64,000 nucleotides of DNA from an uncultured bacterium (GCA_964499705.1 CAZCME010000001.1:261243-325242), one strand, 5' to 3'; shown: positions 26,731 to 37,326, counted from the stretch's first letter. The notes: a model not told the origin generated them from the letters alone. Program-made: numbers and translations.

Positions 26731-28437
26731 ATGTACGGTGTTGAGACACCCAGGATCGGTCAGATCCTCATCGATTCCGGATTCCTGGACGATGAGAAGC
26801 TCAACGAGCTCCTCGAGCTCCAGAAGGAACGCGGGATCCGGATCGGCGACCTGGCGCTCGAGCTGGGTCTTGTCACCGAGGACGACATCCTGAACGCGCT
26901 CTCGGCGCAGCTGAACATCCCGATCATCAGCCTCGACGACATCATCATCGACCCGAAAGTTCCGCTCCTTCTGCCCGCCCGTCTCGCCAAGCGCCACGGC
27001 ATCCTCCCGATCGAGGTCGCCGACGAGCGGGTCGTTCTCGCGGTCAACGACCCCATCAATCTCCAGGGCATCGACGACGCCCGCATGATGCTCCAGAAGG
27101 AAATCGATCTCGTCCTCGTCCAGAAGGCTCCGCTTCTCCGGCACCTCGACGAAATCTTCGGCGGCGCCGAATCGGTGCAGGACATTCTGACGAACATCAC
27201 GGAGCACGACCTGGAGCTTGTCAAGGACGAGGCGGATCTGACGAGGACGGGCGGCGGTGAAGACGTCGAGGAGAACAAGGTCGTCAAGTATGTCAACCTG
27301 ATCATCCTGGAAGCGATCAAGAACCGCGCGTCCGACGTTCACCTGGAACCCTTCGAGAACGAATTCGTCATCCGCCAGCGCATCGACGGCGTTCTGCACA
27401 AGATGCCCGCTCCGCCGAAGGCCGTTCAAAACGCGGTCACGTCCCGCATCAAGGTCATGGCGGAGCTGAACATCGCGGAGTCGCGCCTCCCGCAGGACGG
27501 CCGCATCAAGCTGAAGATCGCGGGCAAGGAGATCGATCTCCGCGTGGCCACGCTGCCGACCGTCTTCGGCGAATCCGTCGTCTTGCGGCTTCTCGACCGC
27601 ACCGCGCAGATCCTGACCCTCGAACAGCTCGGCATGGAATTGGAAGTGCGCGAGAAGACGGAAGGAATCATCAACAATCCGAACGGCGTCGTCATCGTCA
27701 CCGGTCCGACGGGTTGCGGCAAGACATCCACGCTGTACGCCTTCGTCGACAAGCTGAACGATCCCGAGGACAAGATGATCACGGTCGAGGATCCCGTGGA
27801 GTATGAAGTCGAAGGACTCGTGCAGGTCCAGGTTCGCGAAAAAGTGGGCCTGACATTCGCCGCCTCGCTCCGTTCCATTCTCCGCCAGGACCCCGACATC
27901 GTCCTGATCGGTGAAATCCGCGACGTGGAAACGGCGGAGATCGCCATCCAGGCCTCCTTGACGGGCCATCTCGTCCTGACTACCCTGCACACGAACGAGG
28001 CCGCCGGAGCCATCACGCGACTCATCGACATGGGCATCGAGCCCTTCCTGCTGACGTCGACGATCCTCGGCGTCTGCGGGCAGCGGCTCATCCGGACCAT
28101 CTGTCCGATGTGCAAGGAGATCGTGGAGATGCCCGTGGAGCGGATCAAGGCCGTGGCTCCCAAGGGCTTCGACCCCGCCAAGGCCACGCTCTACCGGGGC
28201 CGCGGCTGCGAGCAGTGCGCGGGAACGGGATACAAGGGAAGAACGGGAATATTCGAGTTGTTCATCATGTCCGAGGAGATCCAGGAGATGGTTCTGCAGA
28301 AATCGCCCGCGAACATGCTCCACGCCAAGGCGCGCGAGTACGGCATGCAGACGATGGCGGAAGACGGATGGAAAAAAGTTCTGATGGGATCGACGACGCT
28401 GGAAGAAGTGCAGCGCGTCGCGCCGATGGATAAATAG
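26731..28437 (+). CDS. pilB: Type IV pilus assembly ATPase PilB/GspE with MshEN domain
   Basis: RIGQILIDSGFL..L..Q MshEN, ASDVHLEP, PQDGRI, GPTGCGKT, LRQDPD, two CxxC pairs. Confidence 0.93.
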   Translation: MYGVETPRIGQILIDSGFLDDEKLNELLELQKERGIRIGDLALELGLVTEDDILNALSAQLNIPIISLDDIIIDPKVPLLLPARLAKRHGILPIEVADERVVLAVNDPINLQGIDDARMMLQKEIDLVLVQKAPLLRHLDEIFGGAESVQDILTNITEHDLELVKDEADLTRTGGGEDVEENKVVKYVNLIILEAIKNRASDVHLEPFENEFVIRQRIDGVLHKMPAPPKAVQNAVTSRIKVMAELNIAESRLPQDGRIKLKIAGKEIDLRVATLPTVFGESVVLRLLDRTAQILTLEQLGMELEVREKTEGIINNPNGVVIVTGPTGCGKTSTLYAFVDKLNDPEDKMITVEDPVEYEVEGLVQVQVREKVGLTFAASLRSILRQDPDIVLIGEIRDVETAEIAIQASLTGHLVLTTLHTNEAAGAITRLIDMGIEPFLLTSTILGVCGQRLIRTICPMCKEIVEMPVERIKAVAPKGFDPAKATLYRGRGCEQCAGTGYKGRTGIFELFIMSEEIQEMVLQKSPANMLHAKAREYGMQTMAEDGWKKVLMGSTTLEEVQRVAPMDK

Positions 28438-28440
28438 CGG

Positions 28441-30225
28441 ATGATCGACGTCGAGCAGCCCGAAACATTCATCGAAGCCCTGCAGAATTACCAGCTGGTC
28501 AACGAGGACCATCTGGCGCAGGCGCGGCGCGAGGTCGCCATCACCGGGGAACCGCTCCGCGAGGTCATCCAGCGCATCACCGGCTGCCACGATTACGACA
28601 TCCTCAACGCGATCGCGTTCCACTTCGGCATGGAGACGGTGAGCCTTGCGGAGGCCGTCATTCCCGCCGAATTATCCGCCCTGATCGACGACGAATTCGC
28701 GACGAAGAACCGGGTCGTTCCGGTCTGGAAGGACGGGAGGAGCCTGAAGGTCGCGGTGGACGACCCGACCAACTTCCGCGCGCTCGACGAGCTCCGCGTG
28801 CTGACCGGCCTCGATATCGAATCGATGCTGGCGACGCCGAACGAGATCACGGTCTCCCTGGAGCGATACTACGGGGCGGGCATGGATGCCGCGGGCATGG
28901 ACGCGATGAATCTCGACGACGCGCTGACGGAATTCGCGGTCGAGGGAGAGAGCGACGTCGGCCAGGAGCTCGGCGCGGAAGACGCGCCCATCATCAAGCT
29001 CGTCAACCAGATCATTCTCCAGGCGATCAACGAGCGGGCGTCCGACATCCACATCGAATGCCGTGAACGGAAGATGGTGATCCGGTATCGCGTCGACGGC
29101 GTCCTGCACGACCGCCTCGTGCCCCCCAAGAGGCTCCAGGGCGCCATTCTCTCGCGCTTGAAGCTGATGGCCAGCTGCGACATCTCGGAGCGGCGCATAC
29201 CGCAGGACGGTCGCATCAAGATGAAGGTTCCCACGGGCATGGGCAAGCAGACGAAGAATATCGATCTCCGCTTCTCGACGCTGCCGTCCCTCTACGGAGA
29301 ATCGGTCGTCATGCGAATTCTCGACAAGTCCGGCGTTTCGCTGGGGCTCGAACAGGTCGGCTTTCTTCCGCACACGATCGAGGAATTCAACGCCCTGATC
29401 GCCAAACCCAACGGCGTCATCCTCGTGACCGGCCCGACCGGATCCGGCAAGACGACGACGCTCTACGCCGCCCTTAATAAGCTCAACACGCCCGATCGCA
29501 AGCTCATCACCGTGGAGGATCCCGTCGAGTATCAGCTGGACGGCATCAACCAGGTCCAGATCCGCTCCGACATCGGCCTCGACTTCGCCAAAGGGCTCCG
29601 CTCGCTTCTCCGGCAGTCCCCCGACGTCATCCTCGTCGGAGAAATCCGCGACCTGGAGACGGCGGAGATCGCGATCCGCGCCGCGCTGACGGGCCATCTC
29701 GTCTTCTCCACGCTCCACACGAACGACGCTCCGGGCGCCATCACGCGGCTCATCGACATGGGCATCAATCCTTTTCTCGTCGCCTCGTCCGTGAACGCGA
29801 TCATGGCGCAGCGGCTTGTGAGGCGCATTTGCAAGGAATGCGTCCAGGAGATGAAACCGGACGAACTGACGATGGCGGAATTCGAACTGACGCCGGAAAT
29901 GATGGCGGGGAAGACGTATCTGCAGGGCGCGGGATGCAAGGAATGCAACATGACAGGATATCGGGGACGGACTACTATCTTCGAGCTGATGACCGTGGAC
30001 GACGAGATCAAGGACCTGATCCTCATGAACGCCTCGGCCGGCGAAATCAGGAAAGTCGCGAGGAAAAAGGGCATGAGAACGCTCCGTGAATACGGGCTCC
30101 TGAAGATCGAGCTCGGCATGACGACGTTCGTCGAAGTGATGAAGGTGACTCCGAGCGAGCTCTCCATGAAGACCGAGAAACGGGATGACGCCGGCGAGGC
30201 GGAACCGGAGGAGAAGGCGGCGTGA
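28441..30225 (+). CDS. pilB: Second PilB/GspE ATPase
   Basis: [32 protein letters not shown], two CxxC pairs. Confidence 0.93.
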   Translation: MIDVEQPETFIEALQNYQLVNEDHLAQARREVAITGEPLREVIQRITGCHDYDILNAIAFHFGMETVSLAEAVIPAELSALIDDEFATKNRVVPVWKDGRSLKVAVDDPTNFRALDELRVLTGLDIESMLATPNEITVSLERYYGAGMDAAGMDAMNLDDALTEFAVEGESDVGQELGAEDAPIIKLVNQIILQAINERASDIHIECRERKMVIRYRVDGVLHDRLVPPKRLQGAILSRLKLMASCDISERRIPQDGRIKMKVPTGMGKQTKNIDLRFSTLPSLYGESVVMRILDKSGVSLGLEQVGFLPHTIEEFNALIAKPNGVILVTGPTGSGKTTTLYAALNKLNTPDRKLITVEDPVEYQLDGINQVQIRSDIGLDFAKGLRSLLRQSPDVILVGEIRDLETAEIAIRAALTGHLVFSTLHTNDAPGAITRLIDMGINPFLVASSVNAIMAQRLVRRICKECVQEMKPDELTMAEFELTPEMMAGKTYLQGAGCKECNMTGYRGRTTIFELMTVDDEIKDLILMNASAGEIRKVARKKGMRTLREYGLLKIELGMTTFVEVMKVTPSELSMKTEKRDDAGEAEPEEKAA

Positions 30226-31343
30226 GTTACGGGGAGACATACGCGGAACCGGCGGCGGTCGAGACGGGCGGCGGCCGCAAGCTCGATATCCAGGAACTGA
30301 TGATGATGGCGTATGAGCGGGGCGCGTCGGACATCCATCTCACCGTCGGACGTCCTCCTGTCTTCCGTGTCGACGGTGACATGCAGAATGTCGATGCGCC
30401 GGTCTTGGAGGCCCGGGACACGGAAGGCTATGTCCGGACGATCACGGCCGATGTCTATCTCCAGCGGATCGCGGAAGTGGGCGGCGCCGACTTCGCGTAT
30501 CCCTTCGGCGACTATTGCCGGTTCCGCGTCTCCGCCTTCAAGCAGAAAGGCATGTACCAGCTCTGCCTCCGCATCATCCCCTCCAAGCTTTTAACCTTCG
30601 AGCAGCTGGGCCTGACGCATCCCAGGATCACGGAGCTGATGTACACGCCCCGCGGGCTTGTCCTTGTCACCGGACCGACCGGTTCGGGCAAGTCCACCAC
30701 GCTGGCGTCGATGATCAATTACATCAACGTGGAGCGGGACGCGCACATCATCACGATCGAGGATCCGATCGAGTTCTATCATCCGCACCGGACAAGCGTC
30801 GTGACGCAGCGGGAGATCGGAGTCGACACGCCGTCGTTCGCGATGGCCATCCGCGGAGCGCTCCGCCAGGACCCCGATGTGATTCTGGTCGGAGAGATGC
30901 GAGACCTGGAGACGATCGCGACGGCGATCACGGCGGCGGAGACGGGACACCTGGTCTTCGCCACGCTGCACACGAACACCGCCAAGGGAACGGTCAACAG
31001 GATCATCGACGCTTTTCCGACCGATCAGCAGGAGATGGTGCGTACCCAGCTCGCGGTTTCGCTCGTGGCCGTCATCTGCCAGACGCTCCTGCCCAAGGCG
31101 CGCGGCACGGGCCGCGTCGCCGCTTTTGAAATTATGTTCGCCAGTGACGCCGTTCGTGCTAATATCAAGGATAACAAGATCATGAACATCGACTCAGCCA
31201 TCCAGACCGGCGGCAAGATGGGGATGCAGACGCTCGAACAGGGCCTGCTGACGCTCTATCAGCGCGGACTCGTCACATACGAAGCGGCGCTCCAGAAATG
31301 CGCCCGCAAGGACGAGTTCGAGAAGATGGCGAGCGGCGGATGA
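30222..31343 (+). CDS. pilT: Twitching motility retraction ATPase
   Basis: GASDIHL, RFRVSAF, GPTGSGKSTT, ALRQDPDVILVGEMRD, AAETGHLVFATLHT, GMQT. Confidence 0.93.
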   Translation: MSYGETYAEPAAVETGGGRKLDIQELMMMAYERGASDIHLTVGRPPVFRVDGDMQNVDAPVLEARDTEGYVRTITADVYLQRIAEVGGADFAYPFGDYCRFRVSAFKQKGMYQLCLRIIPSKLLTFEQLGLTHPRITELMYTPRGLVLVTGPTGSGKSTTLASMINYINVERDAHIITIEDPIEFYHPHRTSVVTQREIGVDTPSFAMAIRGALRQDPDVILVGEMRDLETIATAITAAETGHLVFATLHTNTAKGTVNRIIDAFPTDQQEMVRTQLAVSLVAVICQTLLPKARGTGRVAAFEIMFASDAVRANIKDNKIMNIDSAIQTGGKMGMQTLEQGLLTLYQRGLVTYEAALQKCARKDEFEKMASGG

Positions 31344-31368
31344 GAGTCAGATCCTTGAGGTCCCGCTG

Positions 31369-32586
31369 ATGCCCGCTTTCGCCTATAAGGCGATGGACAC
31401 CGCCAACAAGGAGGTGTCCGGGCGGATCGACGCCGCCAACGAGAAACTGGTCTCGCAGCAGCTCCGTGACCGGGGCTTGCGCCCGCTGGAAATCAGCGCT
31501 GTCGCCGAGGGCGGCATGGGCGAATTCATGCAGAAATTCAGGAAGAAGAAGGTCAAGGCTTCCGACCGGATGACCTTCACCCGCCAACTCGCGACGCTCA
31601 TCGAGGCCGGTCTTCCGCTTCTTCGGGCGCTCACGATTTTGACGGAGCAATCCGAGAACCCGACCTTGAAGCAGATGATCGAGGAGATCAAGAATTCGGT
31701 CCAGGGAGGTTCCTCCTTTTCGGAAGCGATCGCCAAATATCCGGACGTCTTCAACAAGCTGTATGTCTCGATGGTGAAAGCCGGCGAGGTCGGAGGCGTC
31801 CTGGAAGTCGTGCTGGACCGCCTTGCGGAATTCGCCGAGAAAGACGCGCAGCTCATGACGAAGGTCAAGGGCGCGATGGTCTATCCGGCCATCATGGTTC
31901 TCGTCGCCGTTATCGTCATCACGATTCTCATGGCTTTCGTCATTCCGCAGTTCACGGAGCTCTTCGGCTCCATGGGAGCCACGCTTCCACTACCCACGCG
32001 CGTCCTCATCAGCATTTCGAACGTCATCAAGACCTTCTGGTGGGCCATTTTCGCCGCTATCGGCGGGATGCATTTCGGCTCGCAGGCCTGGTTCAAGACT
32101 CCGGCCGGGGAGCGATGGCGCGACGGCATGATGCTGAAGCTGCCGATCTTCGGCGAGCTCACGAGGAAGATGATCACGGCCCGGTTCACCCGCACGCTCG
32201 GCACGCTCATTCAATCCGGCGTTCCCATTCTCCAGGCCCTGGCCATCGTGAAGGATACGACCGGAAACGTGGTGGTGGGCAACCAGATGGATTCCGTCAT
32301 CGCCGCCGTTACCGAAGGCGAGCCGATCGCGAGCCCGCTCCACAAGCTAGGCGTCTTCGCTCCGATGGTCACCAACATGATCGCAGTGGGCGAGGAAACG
32401 GGCGCCTTGGACCAGATGCTGATGCGCATCGCGGACAATTATGACATGGTCGTGGAGGAAGCCGTCAAGGGCCTGACTTCGCTCATGGAACCCGCGCTCA
32501 TCGTCTTCATGGGCGTCACGGTCGGCTTTATAGTGCTCGCGCTCTTCATGCCGCTTTTCGACATGGGCAGCCACGTCAAGGCTTGA
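31369..32586 (+). CDS. pilC: Type IV pilus platform protein PilC/GspF
   Basis: FTRQLATLIEAGLPL, MVKAGEVGG, AMVYP, GEETGAL, EPALIV. Confidence 0.95.
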   Translation: MPAFAYKAMDTANKEVSGRIDAANEKLVSQQLRDRGLRPLEISAVAEGGMGEFMQKFRKKKVKASDRMTFTRQLATLIEAGLPLLRALTILTEQSENPTLKQMIEEIKNSVQGGSSFSEAIAKYPDVFNKLYVSMVKAGEVGGVLEVVLDRLAEFAEKDAQLMTKVKGAMVYPAIMVLVAVIVITILMAFVIPQFTELFGSMGATLPLPTRVLISISNVIKTFWWAIFAAIGGMHFGSQAWFKTPAGERWRDGMMLKLPIFGELTRKMITARFTRTLGTLIQSGVPILQALAIVKDTTGNVVVGNQMDSVIAAVTEGEPIASPLHKLGVFAPMVTNMIAVGEETGALDQMLMRIADNYDMVVEEAVKGLTSLMEPALIVFMGVTVGFIVLALFMPLFDMGSHVKA

Positions 32587-32594
32587 AAAAAGAC

Positions 32595-32626
32595 AAGGAT
32601 GAAGGATGAATTATGAAGGATGAAGG
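32595..32626. repeat. Dispersed ~32-bp heptamer (GGATGAA/TTCATCC) repeat element
   Basis: AAGGATGAAGGATGAATTATGAAGGATGAAGG; related copies near 1275-1306, 5018-5074, 8200-8226, 12411-12445 and 19040-19071. Confidence 0.75.
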
Positions 32627-32639
32627 TCGACGCACGGGT

Positions 32640-33551
32640 ATGAAATTGTTCTCTTCGTTCGCATTCGCCCTCTGTTTTCTCGTGATGGGATGTTTCGGCT
32701 GCGGCGGCGACGAGGAGCAGAAGCAACAGCAGGTCACGACGACGATCCAGCGCCAGCGAATCGTCATAGGACGGATTCCCTCCGGCAACGTGATCGACAT
32801 CGCCGAGAAGATGGACCCTCTGAAGCAACTGCTCGAGCAGAAGCTCGACGTCGAAGTCGCGGTCCGCTTCACGACGGATTACAAGGAATTCACGGGGAAG
32901 ATGGAACGCCAGGAGTATGACATGGCGTTCTGCGCGCCGTTTCAGTATATCGCCGCTCATGAGAAGGCCGGCTATGAAGCGGTTCTACGCCCGATCCGGC
33001 ACGGCGCCGACACCTACGTGGGGCTCCTCATCACGGCCAAATCGGAAATCACGTCCATCGAACAGCTCCGGGGCAAGCGCATCGCCTTTGTCGACCAGGG
33101 TTCGTCCTCCGGATATCTCTTCCCGCTGGGACTCCTGGCCGCCAACGGAATCTCCCTCACCGACATTCAACCCTTCTTCCTGAAAGGGCACGATAACGTG
33201 GTCTTGAACGTCCTGTCCCGTTCCTACGACGCGGGCGCCTGCTACGAGGGCGCGGAAAAGACTTACGGCAAGGCCCGGGCCGGGGAGATTAAAATCATTG
33301 CGGAGACGGATCCGATCTACAACGAACCGATCGCGATCAGCCCGAAATTCAGGAAGGACAATCCGGAGCTTGCGGAGAAGATCGTGCGCGTCATGACGGA
33401 GCTGCACCAGACTCCCGAAGGAGCCGCGGCGATCGCCAAGTATGGAGAAGGCGTCAGCCGATTCGTCGCCGCGACGGACGCCGATTACAACTCCGTGCGC
33501 CTGTACAGGGAAAAACTTCCGGACGAGGTCATCGCGTCCAGCGGCTTGTGA
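32640..33551 (+). CDS. PhnD/PtxB-like (phosphate/phosphite/phosphonate-type) substrate-binding lipoprotein
   Basis: Lipobox-like MGCFGC; LRGKRIAFVDQGSSSGYLFP, GHDNVVLNV, DAGA, ATDADY. Confidence 0.85.
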   Translation: MKLFSSFAFALCFLVMGCFGCGGDEEQKQQQVTTTIQRQRIVIGRIPSGNVIDIAEKMDPLKQLLEQKLDVEVAVRFTTDYKEFTGKMERQEYDMAFCAPFQYIAAHEKAGYEAVLRPIRHGADTYVGLLITAKSEITSIEQLRGKRIAFVDQGSSSGYLFPLGLLAANGISLTDIQPFFLKGHDNVVLNVLSRSYDAGACYEGAEKTYGKARAGEIKIIAETDPIYNEPIAISPKFRKDNPELAEKIVRVMTELHQTPEGAAAIAKYGEGVSRFVAATDADYNSVRLYREKLPDEVIASSGL

Positions 33552-33605
33552 TCCCGGAGCATCACGCCTTGATTCTTTCGGTTCCGGGACGCGTTCGACT
33601 TCACC

Positions 33606-35582
33606 ATGTCTGAGTCCATGGAAAACCTGAAGGCGCGCCTCCCGGCCTCTCTCCGCGGGCAGAAATACTTCTCCAGCGAACTCTGGGGCCTTCCGCTCTT
33701 TCTCTCGCTCTTCGCCGTCACCCTGACGCTTTTCGTCTTTCTCATCACAATCTATGAATCGATCGGGTATGACATCCTGCCGTTCGCGGGCGTCTTCATT
33801 TTTCTTTCGGCCATCTTCTGGCTGCTCGATCCCTTCCTTAAGGAACGTCTCTCGATCGCCGTCGCCAACATCACCCTGATCGCCGTCTACCTCATCGCGG
33901 CGCAGATCCTTTTGCTCGTCAGCGGAGGCCTGACCAGCCGTTTCTTCCTCGTGTACTATTTCGTCGTCTTCACGGGCGCCATGTCGTACGGCCTTTCCGG
34001 ATCCATCGCCGTGACGGGGCTGATCGCGCTCGCGTATTCCACCTTCATCGAGACGGCCTACGATTTTCCGGCCTATCTCGTGAACATGATGATCCTGTCC
34101 ATCATCTCCCTGATGGTCGGATTCCTCGCGGAAACCAAGCGGCGCGTGGAGCGGCGCGAAACGCTCCAGGGCATCCGGCTCGCCTCACTCGGCGAGATCG
34201 CGCGTTTCATGCGGGAGCTTTCGCAGCCGACGGATGTCATCGAGGCAGGGCTTGACGCGGCGGTGCGGCTGCTGGATGCCGACGGAGCCGCGCTGATGGA
34301 CGGCCCCGTGATCGTCAACCGGTGCGGTCGCGCTTCCGACGGCGACTTCCTTACCGGAGAATCGCGCCTCAAGGTGGAACTGGCTCATGAGGTGCGCGAT
34401 CTCGTCATCGTCCGCAAGCACGAACCGCTCACGCAGGATGAAATGCGCATCGTCAGGATTCTCGCGGACAAGATGCAGCTCATCTGGATGCACCTCCTGG
34501 ACAAGGTCGCCATCGCCGAGGCGCGCGCTGAGAAAGAGAAAGTGCTCGATTCCATAGGCTCCGCGGTCCTGACGATCACGGATGACGGCATCGTGACGAC
34601 GGCGAATCGACGGGCGGGGGAGATCCTGGAACTTCCGACGGAGGGCCTGGTCGGAACGACTGTCTTCGGTCAGCCCTACCTGGTGCCGCATCCTGCGGAG
34701 TTCGGTGCGGAGCCGAGGGAGACGCAGGTCGGCACTTCGAAGGGCGACACGATTCCCGTGGAGATGAGGATCATGCCTCGGCGCGACGCATCCGACCGCA
34801 TCGCGGGATTCATCGTGGTCTTCGACGACCTGAAGGAATTGAGGCGCCTCCGGGCGCTCATCCGCCGTTCCGAGGCGCTCGCCGCGGTCGGGGAGATGGC
34901 GGCGCGCGTCGCGCATGAAATCCGGAATCCGCTGGGAGGAATTCTCGGATTCCTCGGGCTTGCGGAACGAAAGGCGTCGCCTGAAATCGCCGGCTATATC
35001 GCGGAATCGAAGAAAGCCGTGCGAAGGCTAGAGGAAATCGTGAAGAATCTTCTCGCGTTCGCCCGCCCTGTTCCCGGCACGGCGGCGGATTTCTCGCTGG
35101 CGGAGACCTGGGCGGAAATCGAGCGCGCGGAGATCGCGCGCGACGCGGAGAATATATCCCCGCCGCGCGCGAAAGTGGAACCGCTCCAGGCCGGCCTCGT
35201 GACCGTGCGCTTGAAGGGCGATCCGGCATTGTTCGACCGCGTCGTCGGTAATATTCTTCGGAACGCGCGCGAAGCCGCCGGCCGGGCGGGCGCTGTCGCG
35301 CTCCGCGTTCGGCTCGGAGATCCCTGCGTCTGGATCGAGATCGACGATAACGGGCCGGGATGGCCGCAGCAATTGTCCGACAAGCTCTTCGAACCGTTCG
35401 TATCGACGAAGGAAGAAGGAAGCGGGTTGGGACTTGCCATCTCCCGTAGAATCGTCGAGGAACTCGGCGGCGCCATCAAGTGCCATCGAACGCGCGATGA
35501 CGAAGGGCGAACCATCACGCGCTTCCGCATATCCTGGCCGCGAGCCGGTGAGGCGAAAGACAGGTCTATTTCGTCTCCATGA
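33606..35582 (+). CDS. Multi-TM PAS sensor histidine kinase, PilS-like
   Basis: About 6 TM with SGGLTSRFFLVY, PAS (ANRRAGEIL), AHEIRNPLGGI, N box, DNGPG, FVSTK..GSGLGL. Confidence 0.88.
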   Translation: MSESMENLKARLPASLRGQKYFSSELWGLPLFLSLFAVTLTLFVFLITIYESIGYDILPFAGVFIFLSAIFWLLDPFLKERLSIAVANITLIAVYLIAAQILLLVSGGLTSRFFLVYYFVVFTGAMSYGLSGSIAVTGLIALAYSTFIETAYDFPAYLVNMMILSIISLMVGFLAETKRRVERRETLQGIRLASLGEIARFMRELSQPTDVIEAGLDAAVRLLDADGAALMDGPVIVNRCGRASDGDFLTGESRLKVELAHEVRDLVIVRKHEPLTQDEMRIVRILADKMQLIWMHLLDKVAIAEARAEKEKVLDSIGSAVLTITDDGIVTTANRRAGEILELPTEGLVGTTVFGQPYLVPHPAEFGAEPRETQVGTSKGDTIPVEMRIMPRRDASDRIAGFIVVFDDLKELRRLRALIRRSEALAAVGEMAARVAHEIRNPLGGILGFLGLAERKASPEIAGYIAESKKAVRRLEEIVKNLLAFARPVPGTAADFSLAETWAEIERAEIARDAENISPPRAKVEPLQAGLVTVRLKGDPALFDRVVGNILRNAREAAGRAGAVALRVRLGDPCVWIEIDDNGPGWPQQLSDKLFEPFVSTKEEGSGLGLAISRRIVEELGGAIKCHRTRDDEGRTITRFRISWPRAGEAKDRSISSP

Positions 35583-37326
35583 CGCCGGCGTCGCCGGCAT
35601 CCGAATTCATTTCTTCCCGCGCCGGACCGACGGATGCGCAGGGGATTCGGATCACGAATCTCGCTCCGCCGGCTTCTCGGTTTTCTCCGTGGAGCGTGCC
35701 TCCGTGCTCTTCGCAGATCCTCCTCGATAAAGTAAGTCCCAGCCCGGTTCCGGTCGTCTTCGTCGTGTAGAACGGCCGGAACACGATCTCGGGATTATCT
35801 CCGAGACCGGGGCCGTCATTCTCTATGACGATCCTGACTCCCGGCCGCTTATTCCCTTCCAGCATGACCTCCGCCGCGCTCAGGCGCACCATTCCCCCGG
35901 GCGCGACGGCGGCCCGCGCGTTCTCCAGGAGATTGATGATGACCTCCTGTATCTGGTCCGCGTCACAGGAAAGAGGAGGCAGGTTCTCGGGAACGTCCGT
36001 CAGGAAATGAACGCCGGCGCCGCGGAAGGATGCGTGAAAGAGGGAGGCGATCACATCCAGGAGACTTGAAATCGGAACCTTCTCGTGGCGCATCTGCCGC
36101 TGACGGGAGAAGTTCAGGAGCGACTTGACCGTGCGGGCGATCCGGTTGATCTGATCGTCGAGCCGGGACACGACAATTCGCTCGTCCGCCGGCAGGAGTT
36201 TCCGGAGGTGGCTGATCCAGGTCTTGATCGCGGCGAGCGGATTGTTCACTTCGTGAGCGACCTGGGAAGCCAGGCGCCCGACGACGGCCTCGCCTTCCAG
36301 CCGGATCTGCGATTCGTGAGTCCGGCGAATGTCCTCCGCCATCCGGTTGAACGCCCGGGCGAGATCTCCGATCTCGTCGTCGTTCGCGCATCGTGATCGG
36401 ACTGTCCAGTCGCCGTCACCCAGGGCGCGCGTCGTCCTTGCGAGATCCGATATCGGACCCTGGATGTTCCGGGCCACGCGAAGCGCCAGGAGCGTGAGAA
36501 CGGCCAAGGCGAGGAGGAATAGAAGAAGCAGACTTTTCAGGAGCCGTGTTTCGAATTCCCGGGCGGCGTCGGCCTTCCTGGTGATCAGCACTCCCCAGCG
36601 TTCCTGCTCCGGGAAAAGAGGCGATCGAATCTCCTGGAAGACCCAGATGATCGAGTTGAGGCCTTCGAGAGGACCGGTGCCGGAGCGGCGCGGCTCCTGG
36701 GGAAGCTGCCATTCGCCTTCGAGCCCCGGCGGCACGCCGAGCGGGACGTGGGAGAGGGAGGATGCGAGGACACGCTTACGGAGATCCATGACGCGAAAGA
36801 CGTCCGACGGTCCATACAACGTGCCCCGCGTGATTTCCCAGAACCGATAGGGATCGAGTTCGCCTTCGATATAGTCGCCGTTTTTCAGCGGGACGATCAC
36901 GGTGGCGGTGGTTGTGTTCTCGATGAGATACGCCGGAGTCAGCACCGGTCGTCCCTGCAGAAGCTGTCGCTTTCGCTCGTCGTCGAGAACGCGGAAGCCG
37001 AACGGAGGCGCGCCGTCCCTGGGCTGAAAATTCCTGTCCAAAAGCGCGATGCGGCGGAAAGGATCGACAATTCCTCCGGGATCGACGGGGCGCGCGGAAG
37101 CCTCTCTCAGCCTCGCTTCCGCCAATTCGAGCGTGCGCACGATATGATCCGCGGCGAGTTGAGCCTGACCCTCCAGGGATGAGCGCGCTTCCTCGGTGAA
37201 GATGTCCTTCGTCTCGAAGTGAATCGGCAGGGCGAAGAGCAGGAGCGGCAGGAGACCCGCCAGCATGATGAGGAGGACGATACGGCGGCCGAGCCGGGAC
37301 TTAAGGACGTCGTCGGACAGAAGCAT
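35566..37326 (-). CDS. HAMP sensor histidine kinase (NtrB-like core)
   Basis: Two TM flanking a periplasmic domain, DEIGDLARAFNRM, AHEVNNPL, NLLENA, FYTTK..GTGLGL. Confidence 0.9.
   Translation of the reverse strand: MLLSDDVLKSRLGRRIVLLIMLAGLLPLLLFALPIHFETKDIFTEEARSSLEGQAQLAADHIVRTLELAEARLREASARPVDPGGIVDPFRRIALLDRNFQPRDGAPPFGFRVLDDERKRQLLQGRPVLTPAYLIENTTTATVIVPLKNGDYIEGELDPYRFWEITRGTLYGPSDVFRVMDLRKRVLASSLSHVPLGVPPGLEGEWQLPQEPRRSGTGPLEGLNSIIWVFQEIRSPLFPEQERWGVLITRKADAAREFETRLLKSLLLLFLLALAVLTLLALRVARNIQGPISDLARTTRALGDGDWTVRSRCANDDEIGDLARAFNRMAEDIRRTHESQIRLEGEAVVGRLASQVAHEVNNPLAAIKTWISHLRKLLPADERIVVSRLDDQINRIARTVKSLLNFSRQRQMRHEKVPISSLLDVIASLFHASFRGAGVHFLTDVPENLPPLSCDADQIQEVIINLLENARAAVAPGGMVRLSAAEVMLEGNKRPGVRIVIENDGPGLGDNPEIVFRPFYTTKTTGTGLGLTLSRRICEEHGGTLHGENREAGGARFVIRIPCASVGPAREEMNSDAGDAGVMETK

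Noticed and set aside
24552-30240. Long antisense ORFs (698, 680 and 522 aa) opposite the PorV-like and pilB genes, and similar shadow ORFs elsewhere
   Set aside because: Expected in high-GC coding DNA; no motifs, and they fully overlap well-supported genes.
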